Below are positions 9,035-21,695 of a stretch of 64,000 nucleotides of DNA, in pieces. Numbering within the stretch: position 1 is the stretch's first letter; each line of letters starts with the position of its first letter. The DNA comes from Candidatus Omnitrophota bacterium (GTDB lineage: Bacteria; Omnitrophota; Gorgyraeia; Gygaellales; Profunditerraquicolaceae). The notes under the pieces were generated by a model, which did not search any database, was not told the DNA's origin, and worked only from the letters and a program-made list of their open reading frames with translations. The DNA is taken from the NCBI GenBank assembly GCA_003598025.1, contig QZKH01000002.1, positions 270,501 through 334,500 on the forward strand, read 5' to 3'. Made by a program: the position numbers and the translations under genes.

Positions 9035-9112
9035 TTAGTTCATAGTCCATAGTTGATGGTTCATGGATATGGAGATATTTCTATGAACAATGAACTATGA
9101 GCAATGAACTAA
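9035..9112. repeat. Inverted array of degenerate 7-mers (TAGTTCA x4, spacer, TGAACTA x4)
   Basis: tagttca tagtcca tagttga tggttca tgg (9036-9066); cta tgaacaa tgaacta tgagcaa tgaacta (9081-9111). Confidence 0.9.
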
Positions 9113-9127
9113 CCTTTGGAGGTTTTT

Positions 9128-11661
<2,534 letters not shown>

Positions 11662-11696
11662 AATTTTCATAACCAATTTGAAAATAAAGAAGTTAA

Positions 11697-11748
11697 GGCC
11701 CAGGTAAAACCTTTGGAAACCGGGGGTTTCCATTAAACCTGTAAGGCC
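11697..11748. other. Interrupted stem-loop downstream of purA (possible terminator or RNA stability element)
   Basis: ggcc-caggt...tggaaacc ggg ggtttcca...acctg-taa-ggcc, followed by ccttttgt. Confidence 0.45.
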
Positions 11749-11779
11749 CCTTTTGTATGCAGATTGGGCTCAAAATCCC

Positions 11780-11808
11780 TTGACTAATATATATAGGTAT
11801 GATATATT
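11780..11808 (+). promoter_or_regulatory. Sigma70-type promoter for the OmpA-family gene
   Basis: TTGACT-N17-TATATT with TGn extended -10; AAGGAGG RBS downstream. Confidence 0.7.
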
Positions 11809-11835
11809 TGACCTTAATCTAAAAGGAGGAAATCT

Positions 11836-12480
11836 ATGATGACTAAAGTATCCAAAATCGTTTTAATAATCTTATTAGCAACAAGTTTAGTGGGATGCAC
11901 ATTTATCTTCCAAAAGGGAAGAAGGTCAGATTTGCAGAAAATCGATGAATTATCGCGCCAGCTCGATGATTTAAACAGCACGATGAAAATATTACAGAGC
12001 AAGTTAAGCGATGAGATCCGCGATAAGCAGGTGAGCCTCAAGATGATGGAGAAGGGCTTAGTCATAAATTTTGTCGCCGATGTTTTATTTGATTCAGGAA
12101 AGGCAAAGATCAAGAAGGATGCTTATTCTACTTTGGATAAAGTTGCTTCAGTATTAAGAGAAGATGTGCCTAACCTGAACGTCGGAATCGAAGGCCATAC
12201 TGATAACCAGCCTATAAAATATTCCGGCTGGAAATCAAACTGGGAACTTTCATCAGCAAGAGCGCTTAGCGTGCTGCATTATCTGGCTGATAACGCAGGA
12301 GTTGCACCGGAGAGGTTATCTGCCATAGGCTACGGAGAGTTCCGCCCGGTTGCACCGAATGATACAAAACTGGGTATGCAGGCAAACCGCAGGGTTGAGA
12401 TCGTAATACTGCCCAAGGTTCAGAAGGTTAAGGATTCGCAGGAAGCGCCCGAACCTATGCCCCAAGGCAAAATCAAATAA
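11836..12480 (+). CDS. OmpA/MotB-family peptidoglycan-binding lipoprotein with coiled coil
   Basis: LVGC lipobox; VLFDSGKA, IEGHTD, NWELSSARA, NRRVEI. Confidence 0.9.
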   Translation: MMTKVSKIVLIILLATSLVGCTFIFQKGRRSDLQKIDELSRQLDDLNSTMKILQSKLSDEIRDKQVSLKMMEKGLVINFVADVLFDSGKAKIKKDAYSTLDKVASVLREDVPNLNVGIEGHTDNQPIKYSGWKSNWELSSARALSVLHYLADNAGVAPERLSAIGYGEFRPVAPNDTKLGMQANRRVEIVILPKVQKVKDSQEAPEPMPQGKIK

Positions 12481-12497
12481 CTTTACTGGATATAAAG

Positions 12498-12893
12498 ATG
12501 CTAAAGCTGGATAATTTAGGCAATAAGCTTGTATATATATTAGGTGCTTTATGCGTGGTTTTATTGGTAATAACTTTCAGTTCCTGCAGCAACGCCAGCC
12601 GCCAGAAAGCCGCGCGGGAAAAAGAGATCTTTAATAAACTGGAAGCTGAAGAAAAATTGAGCAAGGTCTCCCAGGATAAAGTCTCTATGCAGGAGAAGAT
12701 CGCGGCCCTCACTAAAGAGTCGGAGGCCTTGGCCGGGGATTTAGGGAAGACCAAGAATCTCCTGGAGCAGGAGAAGATGATAAGCCAGAGCATAAAAGAA
12801 GAATTAAACAAAGTCACCAAAGAAAAAGAATCCTTGGAAAGGCAGCTAGAAGAAGCACTCGCGGGAAACAAAGCCAATAAACTTAAAAAATGA
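12498..12893 (+). CDS. Membrane-anchored coiled-coil hypothetical protein
   Basis: N-terminal hydrophobic helix followed by an E/K-rich heptad region. Confidence 0.75.
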   Translation: MLKLDNLGNKLVYILGALCVVLLVITFSSCSNASRQKAAREKEIFNKLEAEEKLSKVSQDKVSMQEKIAALTKESEALAGDLGKTKNLLEQEKMISQSIKEELNKVTKEKESLERQLEEALAGNKANKLKK

Positions 12894-12932
12894 ACTAGGC
12901 CTGTGGAAAGAAGGGTATTTTTTTTGACCTTA

Positions 12933-12964
12933 AGAGAGGGGATGAGATTATCCCCTTTTTTATT
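12933..12964 (+). terminator. Probable intrinsic terminator
   Basis: Stem aggggat/atcccct, 6-nt loop, followed by tttttatt. Confidence 0.6.
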
Positions 12965-12982
12965 GCGAGAAGAGGAGGGCGT

Positions 12983-13966
12983 ATGGCAATACTAAGGAAG
13001 TTAAAAGAAGTTTTTAAAAAACTGCTCCGGATGCTTAAGCTTTCTGAATCAGGCGTTGATACTGCAAAAAAACAAAAGGCTAAAGAAATACAACCCAGCC
13101 AGAATGTATTGGGCAACCAGGAAGTAGAAGTCGGTATGACAAAATTCTCCAATCCGGAGAATATGAGGCAGGCGCGGGCTTATCCGCAGGAATTATCCGG
13201 CGCCTATGGTAAAGACAAAATGGTTTTGCAGGTTCGCGACCCCTGGTGGCTGCATGCCTATTGGGAGATAACAGAGCCGACATGGTCGCATTTTAAGTCA
13301 AAGTTAGGAGCAGATAAAGTCGCTTCGGCAAAATTGCTCCTTAGGGCATATGATGTAACAGGTATAGATTTCGACGGCAAGAACGCCAACAGGTATTTTG
13401 ATATTGATATAAACAGGAACGCAAATAACTGGTACGTAGATACCGGTTCCGACGGCAGGTCCTGGTGCGTGGATATTGGATTGATGCTTGGCGACGGCAG
13501 GTTTATCACAATATTGCGTTCCAACTTTGTCACTACCCCTCTGGCCGGCCCGTCCTGGATAACCGACGAGGAGTGGATGATCCCCGATGACTTATTCGCC
13601 AGGCTCTACGGCATGGGATTTGGTTTCGGCAAGAGTTCTCCTGTAGGCAAGGGATGGCAGGAAAAGATAAGGAAAGAATTCTTTTCCTCTCCGGGATTTG
13701 CTTCTATGGCCAGCCCGGTAAAACAGATGCTCAAAGAAAAGCAGTTCTGGCTGGTTGTAAATACAGAACTCATCGTTTACGGGGCGACCGAGCCCGATGC
13801 TAAAGTATACGTGCAGAATAAAGAGATAAATTTAAGGCCTGACGGCACTTTCAGCCTGCGTTTTGCCCTCCCTGATGGCAAGCAGGTTATACCTGTCAAG
13901 GCGGTATCCAGAGACCAGCAGGATGAAAGAATTATAACTCCTGTAGTCAAAAAAGAGACTAAATAG
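12983..13966 (+). CDS. DUF4912-like protein, typically adjacent to GH57 branching enzymes
   Basis: LQVRDPWWLHAYWE, LRAYDVT, RSNFVTTP, ELIVYGATEPDA, GTFSLRFALPDG. Confidence 0.82.
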   Translation: MAILRKLKEVFKKLLRMLKLSESGVDTAKKQKAKEIQPSQNVLGNQEVEVGMTKFSNPENMRQARAYPQELSGAYGKDKMVLQVRDPWWLHAYWEITEPTWSHFKSKLGADKVASAKLLLRAYDVTGIDFDGKNANRYFDIDINRNANNWYVDTGSDGRSWCVDIGLMLGDGRFITILRSNFVTTPLAGPSWITDEEWMIPDDLFARLYGMGFGFGKSSPVGKGWQEKIRKEFFSSPGFASMASPVKQMLKEKQFWLVVNTELIVYGATEPDAKVYVQNKEINLRPDGTFSLRFALPDGKQVIPVKAVSRDQQDERIITPVVKKETK

Positions 13967-14006
13967 ATTAATCTGATTATTCACACCTAATAATAAGGGG
14001 CAGATA

Positions 14007-15584
14007 ATGAATAAGGGTTATTTGTGTTTAGTTTTACACGCTCATCTTCCTTTTGTCAGGCACCCCGAACACGAGGATTTCCTTGAAGAGGATTGGTTAT
14101 ATGAAGCCATAACCGAGACTTATGTGCCTCTGATTCTGGTCTTTGAAAAATTAATACGCGATAATGTTGATTTCAGGATAACCATGTCGCTGACACCGAC
14201 ATTGTGCTCGATGCTCCAGGATGGGCTGCTCCAGGAGCGTTACTTAAAGCACATTAATAAACTGATTGAACTTGCGCACAGGGAAGCGGACAGGACGCGC
14301 TGGATGCCTGAGTTCAACCATCTTGCCAATATGTATTTGAGCAAGTTTTATGAAGTCAGGGGTACTTTTGAAAAGTATAACCGCGACTTAACGCGTGCAT
14401 TTAAAAGTTTTCAGGACGCCGGCAAACTTGAAATAATAACCTGCGGGGCGACTCATGGTTATTTCCCGCTTATGGATGTGACAAAGGCTTCGGTCAATGC
14501 GCAGGTAAGGGTGGCAGCGGACCATTATGAAAACGTATTCGGCAGAAGGCCCCGGGGTATCTGGCTACCTGAATGCGGGTATAACCCGGGAGATGACCAG
14601 ATACTGAAAGAAGCAGGCATAAAATATTTCTTTACCGATGCCCATGCAATCTTGCATGCGACTCCCCGCCCCAAATACGGCGTGTTTGCGCCTGTATATT
14701 GTAAATCCGGCGTTGCATCTTTCGGCAGGGACCTTGAGTCATCTAAACAGGTCTGGTCTTCAATAGAAGGTTATCCGGGAGATTATTTTTACCGTGAATT
14801 TTACCGCGACATAGGCTTTGACCTTGATTATGATTATATCCGTCCTTATATACATCCTGACGGTATCAGGATAAATACGGGAATAAAATATTTCCGCATA
14901 ACCGGCAGCGAAAACAAGCAGCCTTATTCGCCTGAATTAGCCAGGGAAAAGGCCGCCGAACATGCAGGTAATTTCATGTTTAACAGGCAGAAACAAGCCG
15001 AATACCTGTTTGATCTTCTGAAGAAGAAACCGATAATAGTCTCGCCTTATGACGCTGAATTATACGGGCATTGGTGGTATGAAGGCGTTATGTGGCTGGA
15101 TTTTTTAATCAGGAAGATAGTTTTTGACCAGGATGATATCAGGCTGATAACAGCTTCGGAATATTTAATCGAGAACCCGCGCAACCAGGTGGTGACGCCT
15201 TCAATGTCAAGCTGGGGATGGAAAGGCTACAGCGAGATGTGGCTGCAGGGTTCTAACGACTGGATATACAGGCACCTGCATGCTGCTTCAGAGAAAATGA
15301 GCGAGCTGGTTGATGCTTATCCTAATGCGCAGGGCATACAACTTAGGGCATTGAACCAGTGCCTGCGCGAACTGCTTTTAGCTCAAAGTTCAGACTGGGC
15401 TTTTATCCTTGGCACCGGTACGCATACTTCTTACGCAGTCCAGCGGACAAAAAACCATTTGCTTAATTTTATGAGGTTGTTTGAAGAGATAAAATCAAAT
15501 TCCATAGATAACAACTGGCTTTCCGAAATAGAGCGCAAGGATAATATTTTTCCTAACATAGATTACAGAAAACACAAGGACTGA
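14007..15584 (+). CDS. GH57 1,4-alpha-glucan branching enzyme (DUF1957)
   Basis: LHAHLPFV, ETYVPL, GIWLPEC (nucleophile Glu), YDAELYGHWWYEG, LAQSSDWAF. Confidence 0.93.
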   Translation: MNKGYLCLVLHAHLPFVRHPEHEDFLEEDWLYEAITETYVPLILVFEKLIRDNVDFRITMSLTPTLCSMLQDGLLQERYLKHINKLIELAHREADRTRWMPEFNHLANMYLSKFYEVRGTFEKYNRDLTRAFKSFQDAGKLEIITCGATHGYFPLMDVTKASVNAQVRVAADHYENVFGRRPRGIWLPECGYNPGDDQILKEAGIKYFFTDAHAILHATPRPKYGVFAPVYCKSGVASFGRDLESSKQVWSSIEGYPGDYFYREFYRDIGFDLDYDYIRPYIHPDGIRINTGIKYFRITGSENKQPYSPELAREKAAEHAGNFMFNRQKQAEYLFDLLKKKPIIVSPYDAELYGHWWYEGVMWLDFLIRKIVFDQDDIRLITASEYLIENPRNQVVTPSMSSWGWKGYSEMWLQGSNDWIYRHLHAASEKMSELVDAYPNAQGIQLRALNQCLRELLLAQSSDWAFILGTGTHTSYAVQRTKNHLLNFMRLFEEIKSNSIDNNWLSEIERKDNIFPNIDYRKHKD

Positions 15585-15605
15585 AAATCAGCTTGTTTAA
15601 AGAGT

Positions 15606-16316
15606 ATGCCTCAAGAGATAAATATTCCCAGACATATTGCTATAATCATGGACGGAAACGGAAGATGGGCCACTGAAAAAGGCTTATCCCGGACCGCAGG
15701 TCACAAAGAAGGCACAAAGAGGATAAGAGAGGTAATAAAGGCCGCCGATGAATTCGGGGTGCGCGTGCTTACGCTCTTTGCGTTTTCTACGGAGAATTGG
15801 AACAGGCCTAAAAAAGAGATAGAGATACTGATGCGTTACTTAGACAGCTTCCTTGACCATGAGGCTATCGAGCTGCATGAGAACAATATGAGGCTGCTTA
15901 TTATCGGCAGGGATGAGCCGCTCCCTCAATATATCCAGGATAAAATAAGAAAGGTCCAGGCGAAGACCAAGGATAATACCGGTTTAACATTGGTGCTTGC
16001 GCTTAATTATGGGGCAAGGCAGGAATTAGTTGATGCTTTCAAGAAAATCATCCCGCTGGTAACAAGGGGCGAGATCGCATTAGAAAGCGTAGATGAAAAT
16101 ATTATCGCTAAATTTCTTTATACTTACGGCCTGCCGGACCCCGATTTGCTGATAAGGACTAGCGGCGAGATGCGCCTGAGCAATTTTCTTCTCTGGCAGT
16201 TATCATATGCCGAGATGTATTTCCCGAAAAAATACTGGCCTGATTTTACGAGAGATGACCTGGAGAAGGCGATAAAAGAATATAAATCAAGGAGCCGGAG
16301 GTTCGGCGGAATTTAA
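15606..16316 (+). CDS. uppS: Undecaprenyl diphosphate synthase
   Basis: HIAIIMDGNGRWA, FSTENWNRP, IRTSGEMRLSNFLLWQ. Confidence 0.97.
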   Translation: MPQEINIPRHIAIIMDGNGRWATEKGLSRTAGHKEGTKRIREVIKAADEFGVRVLTLFAFSTENWNRPKKEIEILMRYLDSFLDHEAIELHENNMRLLIIGRDEPLPQYIQDKIRKVQAKTKDNTGLTLVLALNYGARQELVDAFKKIIPLVTRGEIALESVDENIIAKFLYTYGLPDPDLLIRTSGEMRLSNFLLWQLSYAEMYFPKKYWPDFTRDDLEKAIKEYKSRSRRFGGI

Positions 16317-16328
16317 AAAGTCAAGACT

Positions 16329-17129
16329 ATGCTTAAATACAGGGTCCTTAGCTCGCTGGCATTAACGCTGGTATTGTTTGTTTTCATATCAATCGACTGG
16401 CTGTGCGGCCTGATGATAACTGCTTTCATAGTTGTCGCCCTTTATGAATTCTTTAAGATGCTGGAGAAAAAGGGCATAAATACCTACAAGTATTTCGGTA
16501 TAGGCTTAGGTACGGTCATACCTTTATCGCTTATTTACCGTTTTGAGCTTACAAGAAATTGGGAATTTCTCTTTATAGTCCTCGGTCTTTTGTCGCTTTT
16601 TCTTATGCAGTTTCGGCGCAGGGACAATTCCGGCGTCATAGTTGATATATCTACTACGATATTCGGCATAATATATGTATCGTGGTTCTTAAGTTTTTTG
16701 ATAAGGGTCAGGTATTTCTACGCAGGGGCAGGCCTGCTTGTGGCAGTCTTATTAATCACCAAGGCCGGCGATGTTGGGGCTTATTTGGTCGGCAGGCGTT
16801 TTGGCAGGACCCCGCTTATGCCAAGAGTGAGCCCTAATAAATCGCTTGAAGGCGCGGTAGGCGGATTGTTTTGCAGTATAATAGTTGCTTTTGTATGCAA
16901 GCCGCTGCTTGGGCTTGGCTACGCCCATCTTGTGTTTGTAGGTTTCATTATGGGAGTATTGGGCCAATTGGGCGACCTTTCAGAATCCTTGATAAAAAGG
17001 GACTGCCAGGTAAAAGACTCAGGCAAGATACTCCCGGGCATGGGAGGGGTATTAGATTTTGTAGACAGCCTGCTTTTTACAGGCCCGGTATTTTATTTTT
17101 ACGTCAGCGCGCTGCTGAGGATTCAGTAA
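16329..17129 (+). CDS. cdsA: Phosphatidate cytidylyltransferase
   Basis: Multi-TM; SPNKSLEG, GDLSESLIKR..KDSG..LPG.GGVLD. Confidence 0.95.
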   Translation: MLKYRVLSSLALTLVLFVFISIDWLCGLMITAFIVVALYEFFKMLEKKGINTYKYFGIGLGTVIPLSLIYRFELTRNWEFLFIVLGLLSLFLMQFRRRDNSGVIVDISTTIFGIIYVSWFLSFLIRVRYFYAGAGLLVAVLLITKAGDVGAYLVGRRFGRTPLMPRVSPNKSLEGAVGGLFCSIIVAFVCKPLLGLGYAHLVFVGFIMGVLGQLGDLSESLIKRDCQVKDSGKILPGMGGVLDFVDSLLFTGPVFYFYVSALLRIQ

Positions 17130-17139
17130 TAATAGTAAA

Positions 17140-18291
17140 ATGAAGAAAATAGCTGTTTTGGGCTCAACCGGTTCCATCGGTAAGAATACCCTGGATATCA
17201 TAAAGAATTTTCCCGGGGAATTTAAGGCGGTTGCCCTCAGCACTAATAGCAATACCGATCTTTTATACCGTCAGATTAAGATCTTCCGGCCTGAATATGC
17301 GTGCGTCAGCGATGAGAAAGCTGCGGCAAAGTTAAAAAGGCTGTTAAGGCCATCAGCCGTCAGGATATTTACCGGCGCAGACGGCCTGGATGAAATGGCA
17401 GGATTATCCGGTATTGATCAGGTGATGATGGCAATAAGCGGTTCTGCGGCATTACGGCCACTCATTAGTGCTATCAATTCCGCCAAAGATATTGCGCTGG
17501 CAAATAAAGAGGCGCTGGTTATGGCCGGCCACCTGGTGATGAGGATGGCCGCCAGAAAAAAAATAAACATATGCCCGGTTGACAGCGAGCAATCTGCGAT
17601 CTGGCAGTGCCTGATGGGCAATGAAATGCGCCAGGTAAAAAGGCTGCATCTTACAGCTTCAGGCGGGCCGTTCAGGAAATTCAGCAGGAGCCAGTTAAAT
17701 AAGATATCAGTCGAGCAGGCACTTAAGCATCCCTGTTGGAAGATGGGCAGGAAGATAAGCGTGGATTCTGCTACTTTGATGAACAAGGGGCTTGAAGTAA
17801 TTGAGGCAATGCATTTATTCGGGGTATCCGCCGATAAAATCAAAGTTGTAATACACCCCGAAGCTTTGATACATTCGATGGTTGAGTTTTTAGACGGGAT
17901 AATCCTTGCGCAGATATCTGTGACTGACATGCGCCTGCCGATACAGTATGCCCTGTCTTATCCCGACAGGCTGCAAAACGGCATTAATTCGCAGTTAGAT
18001 TTCTGTAAAATCAAGCAGTTTTCTTTTTACAGGCCGGATACCGGCAAATTTGAATGTTTAAGGCTTGCTTATGAAGCAGCTAAGGCTGGCGGCAGCCTTC
18101 CGGTTGTCATGAATGCCGCTAATGAAACCTGTGTAAATGCTTTTATAAATGGCAGGATCGGGTTCCTTGCAATACCCAGGATAATAGAAAAAGTGATGAG
18201 AAAGCACCGTTTAATAAAGGACCCTACATTAAAAGAGATATTTTATTCTGATGAATGGGCAAAGGCAGAAGCCCAGAAATCGCTTAATTAA
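17140..18291 (+). CDS. dxr: 1-deoxy-D-xylulose-5-phosphate reductoisomerase
   Basis: LGSTGSIG, LANKEALV, PVDSE, LTASGGPF, WKMGRKISVDSATLMNKGLE. Confidence 0.96.
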   Translation: MKKIAVLGSTGSIGKNTLDIIKNFPGEFKAVALSTNSNTDLLYRQIKIFRPEYACVSDEKAAAKLKRLLRPSAVRIFTGADGLDEMAGLSGIDQVMMAISGSAALRPLISAINSAKDIALANKEALVMAGHLVMRMAARKKINICPVDSEQSAIWQCLMGNEMRQVKRLHLTASGGPFRKFSRSQLNKISVEQALKHPCWKMGRKISVDSATLMNKGLEVIEAMHLFGVSADKIKVVIHPEALIHSMVEFLDGIILAQISVTDMRLPIQYALSYPDRLQNGINSQLDFCKIKQFSFYRPDTGKFECLRLAYEAAKAGGSLPVVMNAANETCVNAFINGRIGFLAIPRIIEKVMRKHRLIKDPTLKEIFYSDEWAKAEAQKSLN

Positions 18292-18297
18292 AATAAT

Positions 18298-19377
18298 ATG
18301 GTAACCTTAATAATCTATTTATTGATACTTGGAATACTCATAGTAGTGCATGAGCTCGGCCATTTCTTATGCGCCAAAAAAGTCGGCGTGCGGGTCGAGG
18401 AATTTTCCGTGGGTTTCGGGCGCAAGCTTTTTAAGAGGAAGAAGAAAGATACAGAATATTCCGTATCTTTAGTACCCTTAGGCGGCTATGTGAAGATGTC
18501 AGGCGACAGCCTTGAGGAATATAAAGGCAAGCCCTATGAATATTTAAGCAAGACTCCGCAAGCAAGGGCGGCAATAGTCTTCTGCGGGCCGTTGCTTAAT
18601 TATGTGCTGGGATTTTTATTTTTTTGGGTGGTTTTCTTTGCAGGGTATCCTACATTGACTTCAACAGTAGGGGCTCTTGTAGACGGCATGGGAGCTCAGG
18701 CTGCAGGCGTGCAGGCAGGGGATAAGATCATATCAGTAGACGGGAAAAATGTAAATTTATGGGAAGAGATACAGGATGGGGTATATGAAAAGAAAGCCGG
18801 AGACATCGTCAGTCTTACGGTTGAGCGCGGAGGTAAAGAGTTAAATTTTGATGTCACTATCAAGGAAAAAGAGTTTGACGATATTTTAGGCAAGAAAAAA
18901 AGCATAGGTATTATCGGGATAGAGCCGAAGAGCGATGAATTGATAAAAGTAAGGCATGGGTTTTTTGAATCACTGCTATTGGCCGCTGAGAAAACCTGGC
19001 TGCTTACCAGGCTTACCTATCAGAGCTTATGGTGGATGATAAGCGGGCAGTTATCGCTTAAGGAATCAGTGACCGGACCATTGGGTATACTTATGATTAC
19101 ATCAAATGTCGCCAGTCAGGGGATTATTGCGGTGTTGAATTTTATCGCCCTCTTAAGCATAAGCTTGGGTATATTCAATTTACTGCCTCTGCCTGTTTTG
19201 GACGGCGGGCATATATTGTTTCTTGCTATTGAGAAAATCAGGGGAAAGAATTTCAGCCTTAAGACCGAGCGTATTATTACGCGCTTAGGCATAAGCCTGC
19301 TTATATTCCTGGCTTTAATCGTTACTTACAATGACCTTCTGAGGTTTGGGAGCAAAATATTCGGATGGATGAAATAA
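18298..19377 (+). CDS. rseP: RIP metalloprotease RseP
   Basis: HELGH, PLGGYV, PDZ region, NLLPLPVLDGG. Confidence 0.95.
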   Translation: MVTLIIYLLILGILIVVHELGHFLCAKKVGVRVEEFSVGFGRKLFKRKKKDTEYSVSLVPLGGYVKMSGDSLEEYKGKPYEYLSKTPQARAAIVFCGPLLNYVLGFLFFWVVFFAGYPTLTSTVGALVDGMGAQAAGVQAGDKIISVDGKNVNLWEEIQDGVYEKKAGDIVSLTVERGGKELNFDVTIKEKEFDDILGKKKSIGIIGIEPKSDELIKVRHGFFESLLLAAEKTWLLTRLTYQSLWWMISGQLSLKESVTGPLGILMITSNVASQGIIAVLNFIALLSISLGIFNLLPLPVLDGGHILFLAIEKIRGKNFSLKTERIITRLGISLLIFLALIVTYNDLLRFGSKIFGWMK

Positions 19378-20426
19378 AGAGAAGCAAAACAAGGTTAGTA
19401 AAAGTCGGCAATGTCAAGATCGGCGCGGGGAATGCTATCTCTATCCAGTCTATGGCCAAGACCAGTACTAAAGATATTGAAAGCACCTGTCGTCAAATCG
19501 GGCAGCTTCAAGAGAGCGGCTGCCAGATAGTGCGCCTGGCAGTCCTCGATATGGAGGATGCCCGGTCTTTAAAGAAGATAAAAGCAGGCTCTGTCCTGCC
19601 TATTGTCGCTGATATACATTTTGACTGGCGCCTGGCGATAGCTGCTATTGATAGCGGAGTGGATAAAATCAGGCTTAACCCCGGTAATATCTATAAAAAA
19701 AATGAAGTAGCAAACATTGTTTCTGCGCTTAAATCTGCGCATATCCCTTTAAGGGTCGGGGCTAATTCAGGCTCATTAAGAGGCCAGGGTATTAGCACCC
19801 CGGCAAAGTTGGTTTCTTCGGTTTTAGCTTATTTAAGGATGCTGGAGGGGTTGAAATTTTATAATACAGTGGTTTCTCTTAAGGCTTCCAATGTGCTGGA
19901 TACAATAGAAGCTTATACCAGATTCAGCCGCTTAAGCGATTATCCCCTGCATCTTGGGGTTACGGCAACAGGTTTTTCTCTGGACGGTGCGGTTAAATCC
20001 AGCGTTGCCTTGGGGCATTTGCTATTAAACGGCATAGGTGATACAATAAGGGTATCTTTGACTGACGATCCCAGGCAGGAAGTACGGGTTGCAAAGAGCA
20101 TCCTTGAGTCGCTGGGGTTAAGGAAATTCGGGATACAGTTTGTAAGCTGCCCCACCTGCGGAAGGTGCCAGGTGGACCTGATAAATGTTATCTCCGGTTT
20201 TGAAAAGGATATAGATAAGGCAAGCAAAGGCAAGACCGGCATGAAAGTAGCGTTTATGGGTTGTGTTGTAAACGGGCCCGGCGAAGCAAAAGAAGCAGAC
20301 ATAGGCCTTGCATTCGGAAAAAACGAAGGCCTGCTGTTTTATAAAGGTAAACCAGTAAAAAAAGTTTCTATCAAGGATTCAAAGAAGGAATTGATCAGGC
20401 AGATAAAAAAACTTAAAGAAAGATAA
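19365..20426 (+). CDS. ispG: HMBPP synthase
   Basis: IQSM, VADIHF, RLNPGNI, GDTIRVSLT, SCPTCGR, MGCVVNGPGE. Confidence 0.96.
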   Translation: MDEIKRSKTRLVKVGNVKIGAGNAISIQSMAKTSTKDIESTCRQIGQLQESGCQIVRLAVLDMEDARSLKKIKAGSVLPIVADIHFDWRLAIAAIDSGVDKIRLNPGNIYKKNEVANIVSALKSAHIPLRVGANSGSLRGQGISTPAKLVSSVLAYLRMLEGLKFYNTVVSLKASNVLDTIEAYTRFSRLSDYPLHLGVTATGFSLDGAVKSSVALGHLLLNGIGDTIRVSLTDDPRQEVRVAKSILESLGLRKFGIQFVSCPTCGRCQVDLINVISGFEKDIDKASKGKTGMKVAFMGCVVNGPGEAKEADIGLAFGKNEGLLFYKGKPVKKVSIKDSKKELIRQIKKLKER

Positions 20427-20433
20427 TTGGCTT

Positions 20434-21675
20434 ATGCTTTGGACAAAACTATTTATACCGACATTAAAGGAATCCCCCCAGGAAGCTGAATCTGTCAGCC
20501 ATCAGCTGATGCTCAGGGCAGGATTGATCAGGATGCTCATGGCAGGGGTGTATTCTTATCTCCCGCTGGGATTAAGGGTGTTGAATAATATTGAAAATAT
20601 CATCCGTCAGGAGATGGGTTCATGCGGGGCAAGCGAATTGCTTCTGCCTGCTTTGCATCCCCTTGAATTATGGTCCAGGACCGGAAGGGATAAAGATATC
20701 GGCGAAGTGATGTTTCGTTTTCAGGACAGGCGCAACAGAAAAGTCTGCCTTGGGCCTACTCATGAAGAAGTAATCACTGAGCTGGTAGCCAACCATGTGT
20801 CTTCTTATAAGCAACTGCCTTTGGTTTTGTACCAGATACAGACAAAGTTTCGTGATGAAATAAGGCCCAGGTTCGGGATAGTGCGGGCTTGCGAGTTTAT
20901 CATGAAGGATGCCTATAGTTTTGACCGCGACCAGAAAGGGCTGGATATAAATTATCAGGCGATGCACGATGCCTACCTTAGGATATTCTCCAGGTGCGGG
21001 CTGGATATACTGACAGTCGAGGCAGACAGTGGAGTTATGGGGGGTAAAGTTTCCCATGAATTCATGGTGCCTGCTGCAAGCGGCGAAGATATTGTGCTTT
21101 ACTGTCCGGATTGCAAGGTAGCAAAGCCTTTTAAAGAAGAAATAACCAGCTGCCGGCATTGTAAATCCGGGCTTAATAAAGTCAATACAATTGAGATCGG
21201 GCATATATTTCAATTAGGGGTCAAATACAGCAGCGCCTTGGGCGCGAATTTTCTTAATGAGAACGGAAAGCTGAACCCGATTATCATGGGTTGTTACGGC
21301 ATAGGCGTATCCAGGCTCATCGCAGCAATAATCGAGCAGAATAATGACAAAGACGGTATAATCTGGCCAGCGGAAGTAAGCCCGTTTAAGGCAATTGTCC
21401 TGCCTTTGGATGTTAACGACAAAACTATCATGGATAAAGCCCGGTCTTGTTATGCCGGGCTTTTAAAAGCAGGCATAGACGTGATGATGGATGACAGAGA
21501 TGAGAGGGCCGGGGTTAAGTTCAAAGACGCTGATTTAATCGGCATACCTATAATAATTGTCTTTGGGCAGAAATCTTTAAAAGAAGGCAAAGTAGAGATA
21601 AAGCTGCGCAGGGACAAAAAAGATTTATTGATTGATGAGCCCGTGATTATTGACAAGATAAAAGAGTTATCATAA
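20434..21675 (+). CDS. proS: Proline--tRNA ligase (short form without INS editing domain)
   Basis: LGPTHEE, YQIQTKFRDE.RPRFG, EFIMKDAYSF, GHIFQLG, MGCYGIGVSR. Confidence 0.95.
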   Translation: MLWTKLFIPTLKESPQEAESVSHQLMLRAGLIRMLMAGVYSYLPLGLRVLNNIENIIRQEMGSCGASELLLPALHPLELWSRTGRDKDIGEVMFRFQDRRNRKVCLGPTHEEVITELVANHVSSYKQLPLVLYQIQTKFRDEIRPRFGIVRACEFIMKDAYSFDRDQKGLDINYQAMHDAYLRIFSRCGLDILTVEADSGVMGGKVSHEFMVPAASGEDIVLYCPDCKVAKPFKEEITSCRHCKSGLNKVNTIEIGHIFQLGVKYSSALGANFLNENGKLNPIIMGCYGIGVSRLIAAIIEQNNDKDGIIWPAEVSPFKAIVLPLDVNDKTIMDKARSCYAGLLKAGIDVMMDDRDERAGVKFKDADLIGIPIIIVFGQKSLKEGKVEIKLRRDKKDLLIDEPVIIDKIKELS

Positions 21676-21695
21676 TAGATTTTAAGAGGCGACGT

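Noticed and set aside
11697-11760. Possible c-di-GMP riboswitch (GGTAAAACC..GGAAAC)
   Set aside because: The second conserved hairpin is not recognisable and the sequence lies upstream of the predicted promoter; kept only as a stem-loop
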